This document shows positions 20,637 through 30,897 of a DNA stretch of 64,000 bases, piece after piece. The position numbers and the translations under genes were made by a program. Every line of letters begins with the position of its first letter. Position 1 is the first letter of the stretch. The notes under the pieces are model-generated. The model saw only the letters and a program-made list of their open reading frames with translations, had not been told where the DNA came from and did no database searches. The stretch covers positions 115,382-179,381 of IMG/VR virus record IMGVR_UViG_3300044716_000883, one strand, 5' to 3'. Source of the stretch: a virus.

Positions 20637-22069
20637 AACTAGGAGTATGTGTGCCTTATAGAAATAGAGAAGCACATTTAAAAGAATTTGTACCTCGCGT
20701 AGGAAAATTTTTAGAAGAAAGAGGCATTGACTACTGCATGTATTTTGGCCATCAGGTAGATGACAAATTATTTAACAGAGGTGCTATGAAAAACATAGCA
20801 GCTAAACATGCTTTTGAGGATGGATGTGATTATATTGTATGGCACGATATTGATATGATCCCTGTAGATGATCATTGTGATTATTCTTTCCCTAAAGACA
20901 ATCCACGACATATAGCAGTTAATATTTCTAAACACAATTACCATTTAAAGTATGAAGATTACTTTGGTGGTGCTGTTATATTCTCAAAAGAACAAGTAGA
21001 AAAAACCAATGGTTATTCTAATGATTATTGGGATTGGGGTATGGAGGATGATGATTTGTTTTGGAGGTGCATATATGAAGGATATGCTAACATTAGTTAT
21101 CTAGATTATAAAGATAAAACTAATACTTATTTAAGATTTAATGGGTATGATTCTCATGTTAAAGTCCCATCAAGTCCTACTTTAAAAGACCTAACACATC
21201 GATCCCACACCATATCAATATTAGTTAGAGCCTTCCAGCAACAAGATAAAATGTCTATTTACTTGATAGGATCTGATAATAAACAATTTGTTGAATACCC
21301 TATATTAAGAAGACCAGGATATGACTATAGTATTTCTTATAATAATTCTAGAGCATATACTTCAATGTTATGGAATACATTTAATAAACCTTACTATCAA
21401 TGGATGAAACGCTTTGAAAACCAATGGAGTTGGGTAACAATAGCTACCGATGCTTATGAGAAAAAAATTCATGTCTATATGAATGGAGTTGAATCACAAT
21501 CATCATCAGGCACAGGTACTGATTCTCCAGCTATCTATGAAGGTAATTTAAAACGTTACATGGATATGGATTATTATTTAGGTACATCCCCCTTTTTGGG
21601 AGATGATAATCCTGGAAAATATTTTAAAGGAGACATGTCTAAACTAATGATGTGGGATAGGTGTTTGAGCGAAGAAGAAATATTATCTTCATTTAATAAT
21701 ACGATAGATGGTTTAGTACTTGACTATGATTTTAGTCATGACAAACTATTAAAGGATCAAACAGGAAATAATAATAATGGCTTAGTAACAAGCTGCTTTA
21801 AACTAGAAGAAGAAATAAAAGTACCAAACACAGTTGTCCCTTATAGAACACCGGGCCGTATGGATTGTTTAGAACATCCTGATGAAGGATTTCATGAAGG
21901 ATCTTGGATAAAAGGTAAAACAACGGCTCGTAATGAGGAAAGATTTATAATGCAAATGCAACAAGGTACAATTGATTATAAAAATGATGGTATGAATACT
22001 TTAAAATATACACTAGTAAATGTTGAAGAAATAACACCAAAAGCTAAATTAATTAACGTAGTGTTGTAA
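20633..22069 (+). CDS. GT7 paralogue with an internal LamG insertion
   Basis: VCVPYRNR, FNRG, HDIDMIP, YFGG, GYSNDYWDWGMEDDD; insert FNGYDSHV...WSWVTI...VYMNG...WDRCLS. Confidence 0.8.
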   Translation: MKLGVCVPYRNREAHLKEFVPRVGKFLEERGIDYCMYFGHQVDDKLFNRGAMKNIAAKHAFEDGCDYIVWHDIDMIPVDDHCDYSFPKDNPRHIAVNISKHNYHLKYEDYFGGAVIFSKEQVEKTNGYSNDYWDWGMEDDDLFWRCIYEGYANISYLDYKDKTNTYLRFNGYDSHVKVPSSPTLKDLTHRSHTISILVRAFQQQDKMSIYLIGSDNKQFVEYPILRRPGYDYSISYNNSRAYTSMLWNTFNKPYYQWMKRFENQWSWVTIATDAYEKKIHVYMNGVESQSSSGTGTDSPAIYEGNLKRYMDMDYYLGTSPFLGDDNPGKYFKGDMSKLMMWDRCLSEEEILSSFNNTIDGLVLDYDFSHDKLLKDQTGNNNNGLVTSCFKLEEEIKVPNTVVPYRTPGRMDCLEHPDEGFHEGSWIKGKTTARNEERFIMQMQQGTIDYKNDGMNTLKYTLVNVEEITPKAKLINVVL

Positions 22070-22076
22070 TATTTAT
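22069..22076 (+). promoter_or_regulatory. Candidate promoter motif ATATTTAT
   Basis: Intergenic copy of the recurrent motif. Confidence 0.4.
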
Positions 22077-22095
22077 TACAAGTAAACAAACAAAT

Positions 22096-23574
22096 ATGTC
22101 AGAAGAATTAAGGTTATGGAGGGATAAAAATCTCAACAAAGTTAGTAAAAGCTTTTGTGCCGCCAAATGGTTAAATGCTAGTTTGCACCTAGGCCATGGA
22201 TTTACAAATTCATGCCATTTACCTCTACCCCACCCTGTTGATTTAGAAGAAATCAAGAAAAATCCATCAGCACTTCATAATACTCAGCATAAGAAAGAAA
22301 TGAGAAAAATGATGCTAAAAGGTGAACGTCCCGCTGAATGTTCATATTGTTGGAAAATTGAGGACATAGGTAGAGATAATATTTCGGATCGTGTTTATAA
22401 GAGTAAAATTTATTCTAAAGAAGATCTTAATCGTATTGCAAAAACTCCATTCCATGAGGATGTGAATTTAAAAACTGTAGAAATTAGCTTTGACAGAACA
22501 TGTACATTTGCTTGTTCTTATTGTAATGCTGGTTATAGTACAACATGGGGTAAGGAAATTAATAAATTTGGACCCTATCAGAAATTTAAAACAGTTTCAG
22601 CAGAAGCATACCAAAATGATGGGTCATGGGCCGACAAGTATGGTAAACATAGTCAGTTTAATCCTTATGTTGAAGCATTTTTAGCTTGGTGGCCTGAGTT
22701 ATCTAAAGAGTTACAAGAAGTAAGAATTACAGGTGGTGAACCAAGTGCTAGTCATAATTTTTGGAACTTTATTGAAACTCTAAAGCAATATCCCGCTGAA
22801 AATATGGCGTTGGCTGTTAACTCTAATCTAGGAATGGATCAGAAAACTCTAGAGAGAATGATCCAAATGACTAAAGATATTAAAATTAAAGAATTTGACT
22901 TATATACAAGCAATGAAGCTGTAGGAGCTCATGCTGAATATATTCGTGATGGATTAAAATATGATGTATGGAGACAAAATCTGGTAACATTTATTGAAAA
23001 TGCCAAATTTAGATCCGTTACTATAATGATGACTATTAATAGCCTATGCCTATTCAGTATAGATGAATTTTTAGATGACATGTTAGTGCTGAAAGAAAAA
23101 TACGGACCTAACAGACCAAATGTAGATTTAAATATTTTACGTTGGCCTGGATTTATGTCTCCTTTAGCTTTACCTGATGATATTAAAAAATCACTTCATA
23201 CTAGATTAAAAAGATGGTACAATAAAAATAAAAAGAATCCATTATTTAGTACAGGGGAAAAAGCTCAAATTGAACGTTTAATAGATTATATTGAAGTAGT
23301 TCAAAAAGGACATAACTATACTGAAGATGATAAAAGTTTATTATTGCATGATTTTAAATCATTTTATAAACAATATGATTTTAGACGTGGTAAAGACTTT
23401 AAAATGACATTCCCTGAATTAGCTGAATGGTATGATACTTTGGTTGTAGACCAAGACATACCATCAGTTGAAATGAAAGATGGATCTATAACTCACTTTG
23501 AAAAAGGTGTCTATATACCACCCCCAGGAACAATACCACCCCCAGAATTAAAACTACCACCCAAATTAATATAA
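22096..23574 (+). CDS. Radical SAM protein with an N-terminal twitch/SPASM-like Cys cluster
   Basis: CTFACSYC (CxxxCxxC), ITGGEP, NSN; N-terminal FC...SCH...CSYCW. Confidence 0.85.
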   Translation: MSEELRLWRDKNLNKVSKSFCAAKWLNASLHLGHGFTNSCHLPLPHPVDLEEIKKNPSALHNTQHKKEMRKMMLKGERPAECSYCWKIEDIGRDNISDRVYKSKIYSKEDLNRIAKTPFHEDVNLKTVEISFDRTCTFACSYCNAGYSTTWGKEINKFGPYQKFKTVSAEAYQNDGSWADKYGKHSQFNPYVEAFLAWWPELSKELQEVRITGGEPSASHNFWNFIETLKQYPAENMALAVNSNLGMDQKTLERMIQMTKDIKIKEFDLYTSNEAVGAHAEYIRDGLKYDVWRQNLVTFIENAKFRSVTIMMTINSLCLFSIDEFLDDMLVLKEKYGPNRPNVDLNILRWPGFMSPLALPDDIKKSLHTRLKRWYNKNKKNPLFSTGEKAQIERLIDYIEVVQKGHNYTEDDKSLLLHDFKSFYKQYDFRRGKDFKMTFPELAEWYDTLVVDQDIPSVEMKDGSITHFEKGVYIPPPGTIPPPELKLPPKLI

Positions 23575-24564
23575 ATGAAAATACTAATAACAGGGGTAGC
23601 AGGATTGTTAGGATCAAGACTAGCCAACTGGATTATTCTAAACCACCCAGAAGCTGAAGTTGTTGGTATAGATGACTTAAGCGGAGGGTATAGAGAAAAC
23701 ATTCCATCTAAAGTAAATTTTTGGCAAATGAACTTAGTGGATCATCCAATTGAAAATTGCTTTGAAAATCATAAGTTTGATTATGTTTTTCATTTTGCGG
23801 CTTATGCTGCTGAGGGATTATCTCCTTTTATTAGAAAATTTAACTATGAAAATAATTTAGTAGCTACTTCTAGAATAGTAAGTAATTGTATAAAATACAA
23901 TGTAAAAAGATTAGTATTTACTTCTAGCATGGCTGTATATGGTCACGGTAATAGAGAAAGATTTGATGAAAATCAAACACCGAAACCTATTGATCCTTAT
24001 GGCATAGCAAAATATGCTTGTGAAATGGATATACAGGTAGCTGGTGAACAACATAGTTTAGATTGGTGTATAATTAGACCACATAATGTATACGGTATTA
24101 ATCAAAATATTTGGGACAAATATAGAAATGTATTAGGTATTTGGATGTATCAACATCTTAATAATAAACCTATGACTATATTTGGTGATGGAATGCAAAC
24201 AAGAGCTTTTAGCTATATTGATGATATAGTAGAGCCATTATGGAAAGCAGCTATTGAACCAAAAGCATCTAAAGAAATTATTAATTTAGGAGGTATTATT
24301 GGATATACTATTAGTGAAGCCAATACTATAATAAAAAATATTATCGGAGGAGGTATTACTGAGTTTAAAGAAGCTAGACATGAAGTTAAACATGCTATCC
24401 CTACATACCAGAAATCTATTAATATATTAGGATTTGAACATAAAACTGACTTACACTATGGTTTAATTAAAATGTGGGAGTGGGCTCAAGTACAACCAAA
24501 ACGAGATCGTTTTATTTGGCCTAGTTACGAATTAGATAAAGGAATATATAAATTTTGGCAGTAA
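23575..24564 (+). CDS. NAD-dependent nucleotide-sugar epimerase/dehydratase
   Basis: ITGVAGLLGS Rossmann motif, FTSSMAVYG, YGIAK (YxxxK), RPHNVYG. Confidence 0.9.
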   Translation: MKILITGVAGLLGSRLANWIILNHPEAEVVGIDDLSGGYRENIPSKVNFWQMNLVDHPIENCFENHKFDYVFHFAAYAAEGLSPFIRKFNYENNLVATSRIVSNCIKYNVKRLVFTSSMAVYGHGNRERFDENQTPKPIDPYGIAKYACEMDIQVAGEQHSLDWCIIRPHNVYGINQNIWDKYRNVLGIWMYQHLNNKPMTIFGDGMQTRAFSYIDDIVEPLWKAAIEPKASKEIINLGGIIGYTISEANTIIKNIIGGGITEFKEARHEVKHAIPTYQKSINILGFEHKTDLHYGLIKMWEWAQVQPKRDRFIWPSYELDKGIYKFWQ

Positions 24565-25904
24565 TGATATTCATGTATGAAGATAAAAAGCATTTTTCAA
24601 ATTTTACAGCATGTAATGATGTAAATGCTTCTGGTATTAAAAGATTTGGCAGGTCTCCATTAATTGGAGCTATGACAAGTACATTAACTTGGATAGAAGG
24701 ACAAACAATAACTTTTAGATATGAAGAATCTTTTCCACAACTTGAATTATTAGATGTAAACAAACATAAAGATACAATACACTATATAATCCCCTCTGGA
24801 GTTAATCACAATCCTAAAGATTGGGCTGGTGGTTATCCACCAAGTGAAGGTAGAAGTTTGTTTGATTATTTAAATAATAAGTATTTAAAAGATTTAAGAA
24901 ATAATGAAGCCTTTTTATTGTTAGATCAAAGTTTAGAAGGATATCATGCTCCTTGGTTATGGGACTTTTTCCATTCTGAATGTGATAGAAAAGGTTTTAA
25001 TCCTTTTAATATCATATATGTAACAGGAGATATAATAGCATCTGAAACTTATAGTAAATGGGCAGATGAAAACAATATTCCTCCTACAAATAGAATGTTA
25101 GTATTAGGATACCCTCACTTTCAAATAGATGTTTTTTTAAATTCTAGTAATAAAGTTCATTTATTTAAAGATCCATTACCTAGTTTTGAGGATCATATTA
25201 AACACAAAACTGAAAATTTAAATGATATTAAAACATATGCTTGTTTAAATAAACGTTTACGAGCCCATAGAATATGGTTTTATACTTACTTATATTACAA
25301 TAATCTACTAGATAAAGGATTAGTAAGTATGAATCCATATAATTCAAATATGTTAATACAGTGGGAAGAAAAAAAGATGGAAGAAGAAAGATTTGCTGAA
25401 CCTTTAAAAATACTGCCACTAAATATTTATGGAAAGTCTAATAAAGAACTAGGTGATAATTTCTACATAACCCGATTTAACCCAGAAGTATGTTTAGATA
25501 CATGGGTAAATGTAGTACCTGAAGCATCATACGGTGATTTAGATGGTAATGTTTTCTTAAGTGAAAAAATATTTAAACCTATTGCATGTAATCATCCATT
25601 TATTGTTTTAGGTAGTAAAGGAAGTCTAAAAGAATTAAGAAAATTAGGTTATAAAACATTTGATGGTTGGATAGATGAATCTTATGATGAGTTAAGTACT
25701 TGGGAGCGATTTGAAGCTATTATAGATGCTATTAAAAAAATAGATGCTATAGAAGATAAATTAGAATGGTATAAATCTATGGAACCCATTATCAAACACA
25801 ACTATGAAACTCTAAAAAGAAATGTTTTAAACGAAGCACCACCCGCATTTGATAAAATAAAAGAACGTTATTTAACTCGTTATTCAAGTAATTGCAAAAA
25901 CTAA
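24564..25904 (+). CDS. Putative GT-B glycosyltransferase (GT10-like C-terminus)
   Basis: ATG 24564 overlaps the upstream TAA; LSEKIFKPI...HPFIVLG...LGYKTFDGWIDESYD. Confidence 0.45.
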   Translation: MIFMYEDKKHFSNFTACNDVNASGIKRFGRSPLIGAMTSTLTWIEGQTITFRYEESFPQLELLDVNKHKDTIHYIIPSGVNHNPKDWAGGYPPSEGRSLFDYLNNKYLKDLRNNEAFLLLDQSLEGYHAPWLWDFFHSECDRKGFNPFNIIYVTGDIIASETYSKWADENNIPPTNRMLVLGYPHFQIDVFLNSSNKVHLFKDPLPSFEDHIKHKTENLNDIKTYACLNKRLRAHRIWFYTYLYYNNLLDKGLVSMNPYNSNMLIQWEEKKMEEERFAEPLKILPLNIYGKSNKELGDNFYITRFNPEVCLDTWVNVVPEASYGDLDGNVFLSEKIFKPIACNHPFIVLGSKGSLKELRKLGYKTFDGWIDESYDELSTWERFEAIIDAIKKIDAIEDKLEWYKSMEPIIKHNYETLKRNVLNEAPPAFDKIKERYLTRYSSNCKN

Positions 25905-25908
25905 TATA

Positions 25909-26832
25909 ATGTACAGATGGCAATATAAAGATATTAATATAACTAATGATTCTAAAATAATAATAGGATTAGGAGATAGTTTTACTCAAGGACAAGGAGC
26001 ATGTGATGTCCATGTTTGGGAAAAATATAATTGGGATTTAAAAGACATGCAAAGTAAATATGAAAAAGATATATTACCTTTTGAGTATGAAGGAGCATGG
26101 GTCAATCAATTATGTAAAAATCATATGCCTGATTGGATTCCAATTAATTTTGGAATGAGAGGATGCGGTAATAGAGCCACCACAAAACAACTCTATTTAC
26201 ACCCAGATTTAGGTATAGAAAAAGCAAAAGAAAAAATAGTAATATTTGCTGTTACTGGTTTTGAAAGATTTGACTTTGTAAATAAATCATTTAATGATCA
26301 CCATCAATTTTTTGCTATGTGGCCAAGCCCCTGGAGTGATGGAGCTACAAATAAAAAATTATGGGAAGCCTACCATGAGGATATCTTTGATGAACGTTTT
26401 TCAATAGTTGAAGCTTTATTAAATATATGTGAAGTTCAAACATGGTGTAAAGCAAATAATGCTAAATTTATATTATGTAGTGCCTTTAATAGTAATTTAA
26501 ATAGAAAATATTTTGAAAAATATCTAAGAAAAGATAATAATTCTAATTTAAGTTTATTAAACCTAATAGATTGGAATGATATCTTCAGACCTCAAGGATT
26601 TGAAAGTTTTACTGATATGTTAGTTCATTATGAGAATAGAGAAGATTTAAAAGGAGGTGGCTTTTACATGTGGGCCCATGAGCAAAAGAAAGGAACACCT
26701 GAGGGGTATTTTACTCCATGTGCTCATCCGTCTTATAAAGGACATAAACTAATAGCTGAATCCATGTATGAATATATTCAAAATAATTTTAAAAATATAA
26801 ACCAACCAAAACAATCAATTAATATAATTTAA
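25909..26832 (+). CDS. SGNH/GDSL-family hydrolase or acyltransferase
   Basis: GLGDSFTQG, G..GCGN, HPSYKGH. Confidence 0.7.
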   Translation: MYRWQYKDINITNDSKIIIGLGDSFTQGQGACDVHVWEKYNWDLKDMQSKYEKDILPFEYEGAWVNQLCKNHMPDWIPINFGMRGCGNRATTKQLYLHPDLGIEKAKEKIVIFAVTGFERFDFVNKSFNDHHQFFAMWPSPWSDGATNKKLWEAYHEDIFDERFSIVEALLNICEVQTWCKANNAKFILCSAFNSNLNRKYFEKYLRKDNNSNLSLLNLIDWNDIFRPQGFESFTDMLVHYENREDLKGGGFYMWAHEQKKGTPEGYFTPCAHPSYKGHKLIAESMYEYIQNNFKNINQPKQSINII

Positions 26833-26833
26833 T

Positions 26834-27658
26834 ATGAATCAATTTCCTCATTTCCCTTGGTATTTTAATAAAAAAGAATTCTTTAAAATGAACACATCTG
26901 TTGCGCCAGAAATGGATTTTTATCCTGCTGACCATAAAGATGCTTATGAAAAAAATCTGAAAACCCAACCAGAAGACTGGCATTATAGAACTAAAAAAAT
27001 TAAATATAAACTTAATTCACTTGGGTATAGAGCCCCAGAATTTAATACTATTAAATGGAATGAATCTGTAGTTTTATTTGGTTGTTCTTGTACATTTGGA
27101 ATTGGAGTAGATGAAGATGAAACTATATCTCATTACTTAAATGAAAAACTAGATAGACCTGTTATAAACATGGGATGGCCTGGTGGTTCTAATATGAATA
27201 TGTTAATGAATTCTTTAGTGTTATCTCAATCAAATCAAATACCTTATGCTATAGTATTTTTATGGAGCACAACAGATAGACTTCCTTTATTTACTGATAG
27301 ACAGGTTTATAATGTCGGGCCTTGGGATTCTAATGAAAATAAAAAAAATGTAGAATATAGAGATTCATATAATGATATTTCTAATGCTTTGTTTGAAAAT
27401 TATAACTTTTTTATTCAAAATGAAACTATGAATAGTTATTTTACATCTCAATTTGCTAAAGAAATATGGAAAGAAAAAACAAAATACATAACAGGTACTT
27501 TTTTCAATAACACTGCATTGTGTATGGATACACACCACGTATTTAAAATAGATAACAAAGCCAGAGATTTAGTCCATCCAGGAATAGAATCTAATAAATC
27601 AGCAGCTAGTAATTTAGCCCACTTAATAGAAAATTATGGAGTCAAAAATTTATTGTAG
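26834..27658 (+). CDS. SGNH-family protein
   Basis: LFGCSCTFG, NMGWPGGSN, DLVHPG. Confidence 0.65.
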   Translation: MNQFPHFPWYFNKKEFFKMNTSVAPEMDFYPADHKDAYEKNLKTQPEDWHYRTKKIKYKLNSLGYRAPEFNTIKWNESVVLFGCSCTFGIGVDEDETISHYLNEKLDRPVINMGWPGGSNMNMLMNSLVLSQSNQIPYAIVFLWSTTDRLPLFTDRQVYNVGPWDSNENKKNVEYRDSYNDISNALFENYNFFIQNETMNSYFTSQFAKEIWKEKTKYITGTFFNNTALCMDTHHVFKIDNKARDLVHPGIESNKSAASNLAHLIENYGVKNLL

Positions 27659-28928
27659 TCTAGAAGGTTACGACAGTATACTTAATTCGAATCGTCCAAA
27701 CGGTTCATCTAGATCTTGGTATTTAGAAGAATTAAAAGAGATTCAATATCCTATGATGTGGGGTGATTGGAATATTTTTAAGGATTGCCAAACTAAAACC
27801 GGATTAATTCAAGGAGAAGAAGTTAGAAGTATGTCTTGTCCTCTTTATGGTTGTGAGTTTTTAGATTATAGAAATATGGATCAAATAGGAGATAATCCTC
27901 ATTTATACATTATAAGTGTATATCATCCTTTCTTTTTTGAAAATACTAGAAATATAGGCTTTTCATGCATATCACCAAAATATCTAGAAGATATTAGAAA
28001 GGGTAAATGTAAAATAGTAATATGCTGCTACAATGAAGGATACTCAGGATCTGATGGTAATAATGATTTAGAAATAATAGAAGAATGGAGAATAAAATCC
28101 AATTTACCTTCTAAGTCAGTTTATTATGTAACAGCTAACTTAATAGCAGATAAAATAGCTAAAGAAAAAGGATTAGATTTAGAAGTTAAATGCTTAGGTA
28201 CATTTGAACCTTGTGTTAAATTTTATTATGAGGATGATAATATAATTCCTTTTAATCCAATAGATGATAAGCATTTATATCTTTCTTATAATAGACAAAT
28301 AAGATTTCAACGTCAAAAATTTGTAGGTGAATTAAGAGCAAATGAATTACTAGGTAAAGGGTTAGTAAGTTTAGGCAAAATTACTGATTATACCTTATGC
28401 AGAGATATAGATGAAGAACTACAACAATGGTATTTACAAAACACACCATTAACCATCAGTGATGATATAACACCTAATTTGGCATGTAATATATACGCAC
28501 CTGATTTTGAAAGAACATTTATGTCCGCTGTAACAGAAACTTTAACTAATAAAGGTACACTTTTTCTATCAGAAAAAACATGGAAACCCCTTCTTGTGGG
28601 TCATCCGTTTGTAACTTATGCTAATAAAGGTACATTAGGATACTTAAGAAGTATTGGTTATAAAACATTTGGACAGTGGTTTGATGAAAGTTATGATGAT
28701 GTTGAAGATGAAACAACTAGATATAAAATGGTAGTTGAACAGATTATAAAGTATAAAGACAAATCAACTGATGAACTTAAAGCTATAAGAGAAGAAATGA
28801 AAATGACTTTAATTCATAATCAACTTCATTTTAGACAAATGTTCAAAGAAAGATATAATGTTAAAAATGAAAGTTTAGTATTAATTCAATATTTTCAAGA
28901 AATTTGGAATACAATAAAAGATAAATAA
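27636..28928 (+). CDS. Putative GT-B glycosyltransferase, paralogue of 24564..25904
   Basis: LSEKTWKPL...HPFVTY...IGYKTFGQWFDESYD. Confidence 0.45.
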   Translation: MESKIYCSLEGYDSILNSNRPNGSSRSWYLEELKEIQYPMMWGDWNIFKDCQTKTGLIQGEEVRSMSCPLYGCEFLDYRNMDQIGDNPHLYIISVYHPFFFENTRNIGFSCISPKYLEDIRKGKCKIVICCYNEGYSGSDGNNDLEIIEEWRIKSNLPSKSVYYVTANLIADKIAKEKGLDLEVKCLGTFEPCVKFYYEDDNIIPFNPIDDKHLYLSYNRQIRFQRQKFVGELRANELLGKGLVSLGKITDYTLCRDIDEELQQWYLQNTPLTISDDITPNLACNIYAPDFERTFMSAVTETLTNKGTLFLSEKTWKPLLVGHPFVTYANKGTLGYLRSIGYKTFGQWFDESYDDVEDETTRYKMVVEQIIKYKDKSTDELKAIREEMKMTLIHNQLHFRQMFKERYNVKNESLVLIQYFQEIWNTIKDK

Positions 28929-29719
28929 TGGGAAGAGTTTTTACTTTTGGATGTAGTTTTACAGAATATAGTTGGCCAACATGGGCTGATATGATATTGT
29001 ATAAACGTGAAGGTGTTAATTATGCTATTTGTGGAGGAGGATTTGAGCAAATTATGAGTAGTTTAGTTCAATGTGATATAGACTATAAATTAACTAAGGA
29101 TGATCATATTTTTATTGTCTATCCTAATTTATTAAGATGGGATGCTCCAACATATCCTAAAATGTTATGTTATGGGAATGCCATTACCTCACCATGGATG
29201 GATCATAAAGATAAATTATGGAATGTTGAAGGTATGGTTTATAAAAATTTAAACTGGATGTACATGATTAATGAATTTTTACTTCATAAAGGTGTAACAT
29301 TTAGATATGGCAGTATAACTAAAATATTTACTTATTTAGAAAATTATTTTTTAGATTCTTATCAAATTGAAGGTGATGTATTAAAACATCTAGAATATAT
29401 AAAAAGTCACATCCCATTATTAACTGATTTTTATACACACATGTACGGAGATCAAAATGATGATAGCCAATGGAAAGCAACAAAACAATGGAAAGATCGT
29501 GGTGAATATCACCCCCGTCCTACACATCATTATGATTGGTTAAAAAATATTCTTTTGCCTACCATAAATTTGGACGTATATTTAACCCCAGATGATATAT
29601 CCAATATGGAGAAAGTAATAGATAGTACTGATGACTATAATGTTGTTGAGAACTATTTTTCCCATTCAGAATATGAAAGTAATAGAAAAGATTGGTATAA
29701 AATAAAAAAACATAATTAA
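28928..29719 (+). CDS. SGNH-family protein
   Basis: TFGCSFTEY..PTW, NYAICGGG, EYHP. Confidence 0.6.
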   Translation: MGRVFTFGCSFTEYSWPTWADMILYKREGVNYAICGGGFEQIMSSLVQCDIDYKLTKDDHIFIVYPNLLRWDAPTYPKMLCYGNAITSPWMDHKDKLWNVEGMVYKNLNWMYMINEFLLHKGVTFRYGSITKIFTYLENYFLDSYQIEGDVLKHLEYIKSHIPLLTDFYTHMYGDQNDDSQWKATKQWKDRGEYHPRPTHHYDWLKNILLPTINLDVYLTPDDISNMEKVIDSTDDYNVVENYFSHSEYESNRKDWYKIKKHN

Positions 29720-29724
29720 TAAAT

Positions 29725-30897
29725 ATGAAAGTAGGTTTTATTGGCGTTGGCAAATTAGGCAAAGACGCCGCTGAAGTTATGCATGAAGCAGGTCATGATG
29801 TTTTAGGGTATGATGTAAGGATAGTGCATGACACAAAGATTAGAATGACAACATCATTAAAAAATGTTTGTGAGTATGGTGATATTATTTTTATCGCGGT
29901 TCCAACCCCACACCACCCAGATTATGATGGTAGCCAACCAACATCACATTTAGAGCCAAAAGATTTTAACTATAATATTGTTAAAAACATATTAGAAGAA
30001 ATTAATCAATACACAACTAAAGAACAATTAGTAGTGTTAATATCAACAGTTCTACCAGGTACTACAAGACGTGAGTTTATTCCATTAGTAAAAAATTATA
30101 GGTTTATTTATAATCCTTATTTAATTGCTATGGGTACTGTAAAATATGATATGGTTAATCCTGAGATGGTAATAATAGGAACTGAAGACGGTACTGAAAC
30201 AGGGGATGCTAAATTGTTAACTGAATTTTATAAATCATTTGTATATAATAATATAAGATATGAAATTGGTACTTGGGACGATGCTGAAGCAATTAAAATA
30301 TTCTATAACACATTTATCTCAGCCAAATTATCATTAGTTAATATGATAATGGATGTAGCTGAAATAAATGGTAATATGAATACAGATGTTGTGACAGGTG
30401 CTTTAGAAAGAAGTACAAAACGAATTATGGGTTCTTCTTATATGAAAGCTGGTATGGGAGATGGAGGTGGGTGTCATCCTCGAGATAATATTGCTTTAAG
30501 ATACATGGCTGAAAAATATAAGTTAGGATATGATTTATTTGATTCTATTATGAAATCTAGAGAAGTTCAAGCTGAAAACATAGCTAAACGCTTAATAGAA
30601 TTACACGATGTATATGAACTACCAATTGTTATTCTAGGCGAAAGCTACAAACCAGGAGTTCCATATATAGATGGTTCTTACACTAAATTAATTGGTTATT
30701 ATTTAGAAAATAAATTAGAATATAAAGGATTACAATATGATAAAACTGATAATCAGGCTGTGTATTTATTAGGACATAGGGGTGTACATAACACTACCGA
30801 TTTCCCTAAGGGTAGCATTATTTTAGATCCTTGGAGAGAAAGACTTAAAAAAGATACAATCTATTACGGAAATAAAATAACAAGATGGATATACTAG
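29725..30897 (+). CDS. ugd: UDP-glucose/GDP-mannose dehydrogenase family
   Basis: GFIGVGKLG, FIAVPTP, STVLPGT, NP, K..YN.F...K.S, GGGCHPRD, YKP. Confidence 0.85.
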   Translation: MKVGFIGVGKLGKDAAEVMHEAGHDVLGYDVRIVHDTKIRMTTSLKNVCEYGDIIFIAVPTPHHPDYDGSQPTSHLEPKDFNYNIVKNILEEINQYTTKEQLVVLISTVLPGTTRREFIPLVKNYRFIYNPYLIAMGTVKYDMVNPEMVIIGTEDGTETGDAKLLTEFYKSFVYNNIRYEIGTWDDAEAIKIFYNTFISAKLSLVNMIMDVAEINGNMNTDVVTGALERSTKRIMGSSYMKAGMGDGGGCHPRDNIALRYMAEKYKLGYDLFDSIMKSREVQAENIAKRLIELHDVYELPIVILGESYKPGVPYIDGSYTKLIGYYLENKLEYKGLQYDKTDNQAVYLLGHRGVHNTTDFPKGSIILDPWRERLKKDTIYYGNKITRWIY

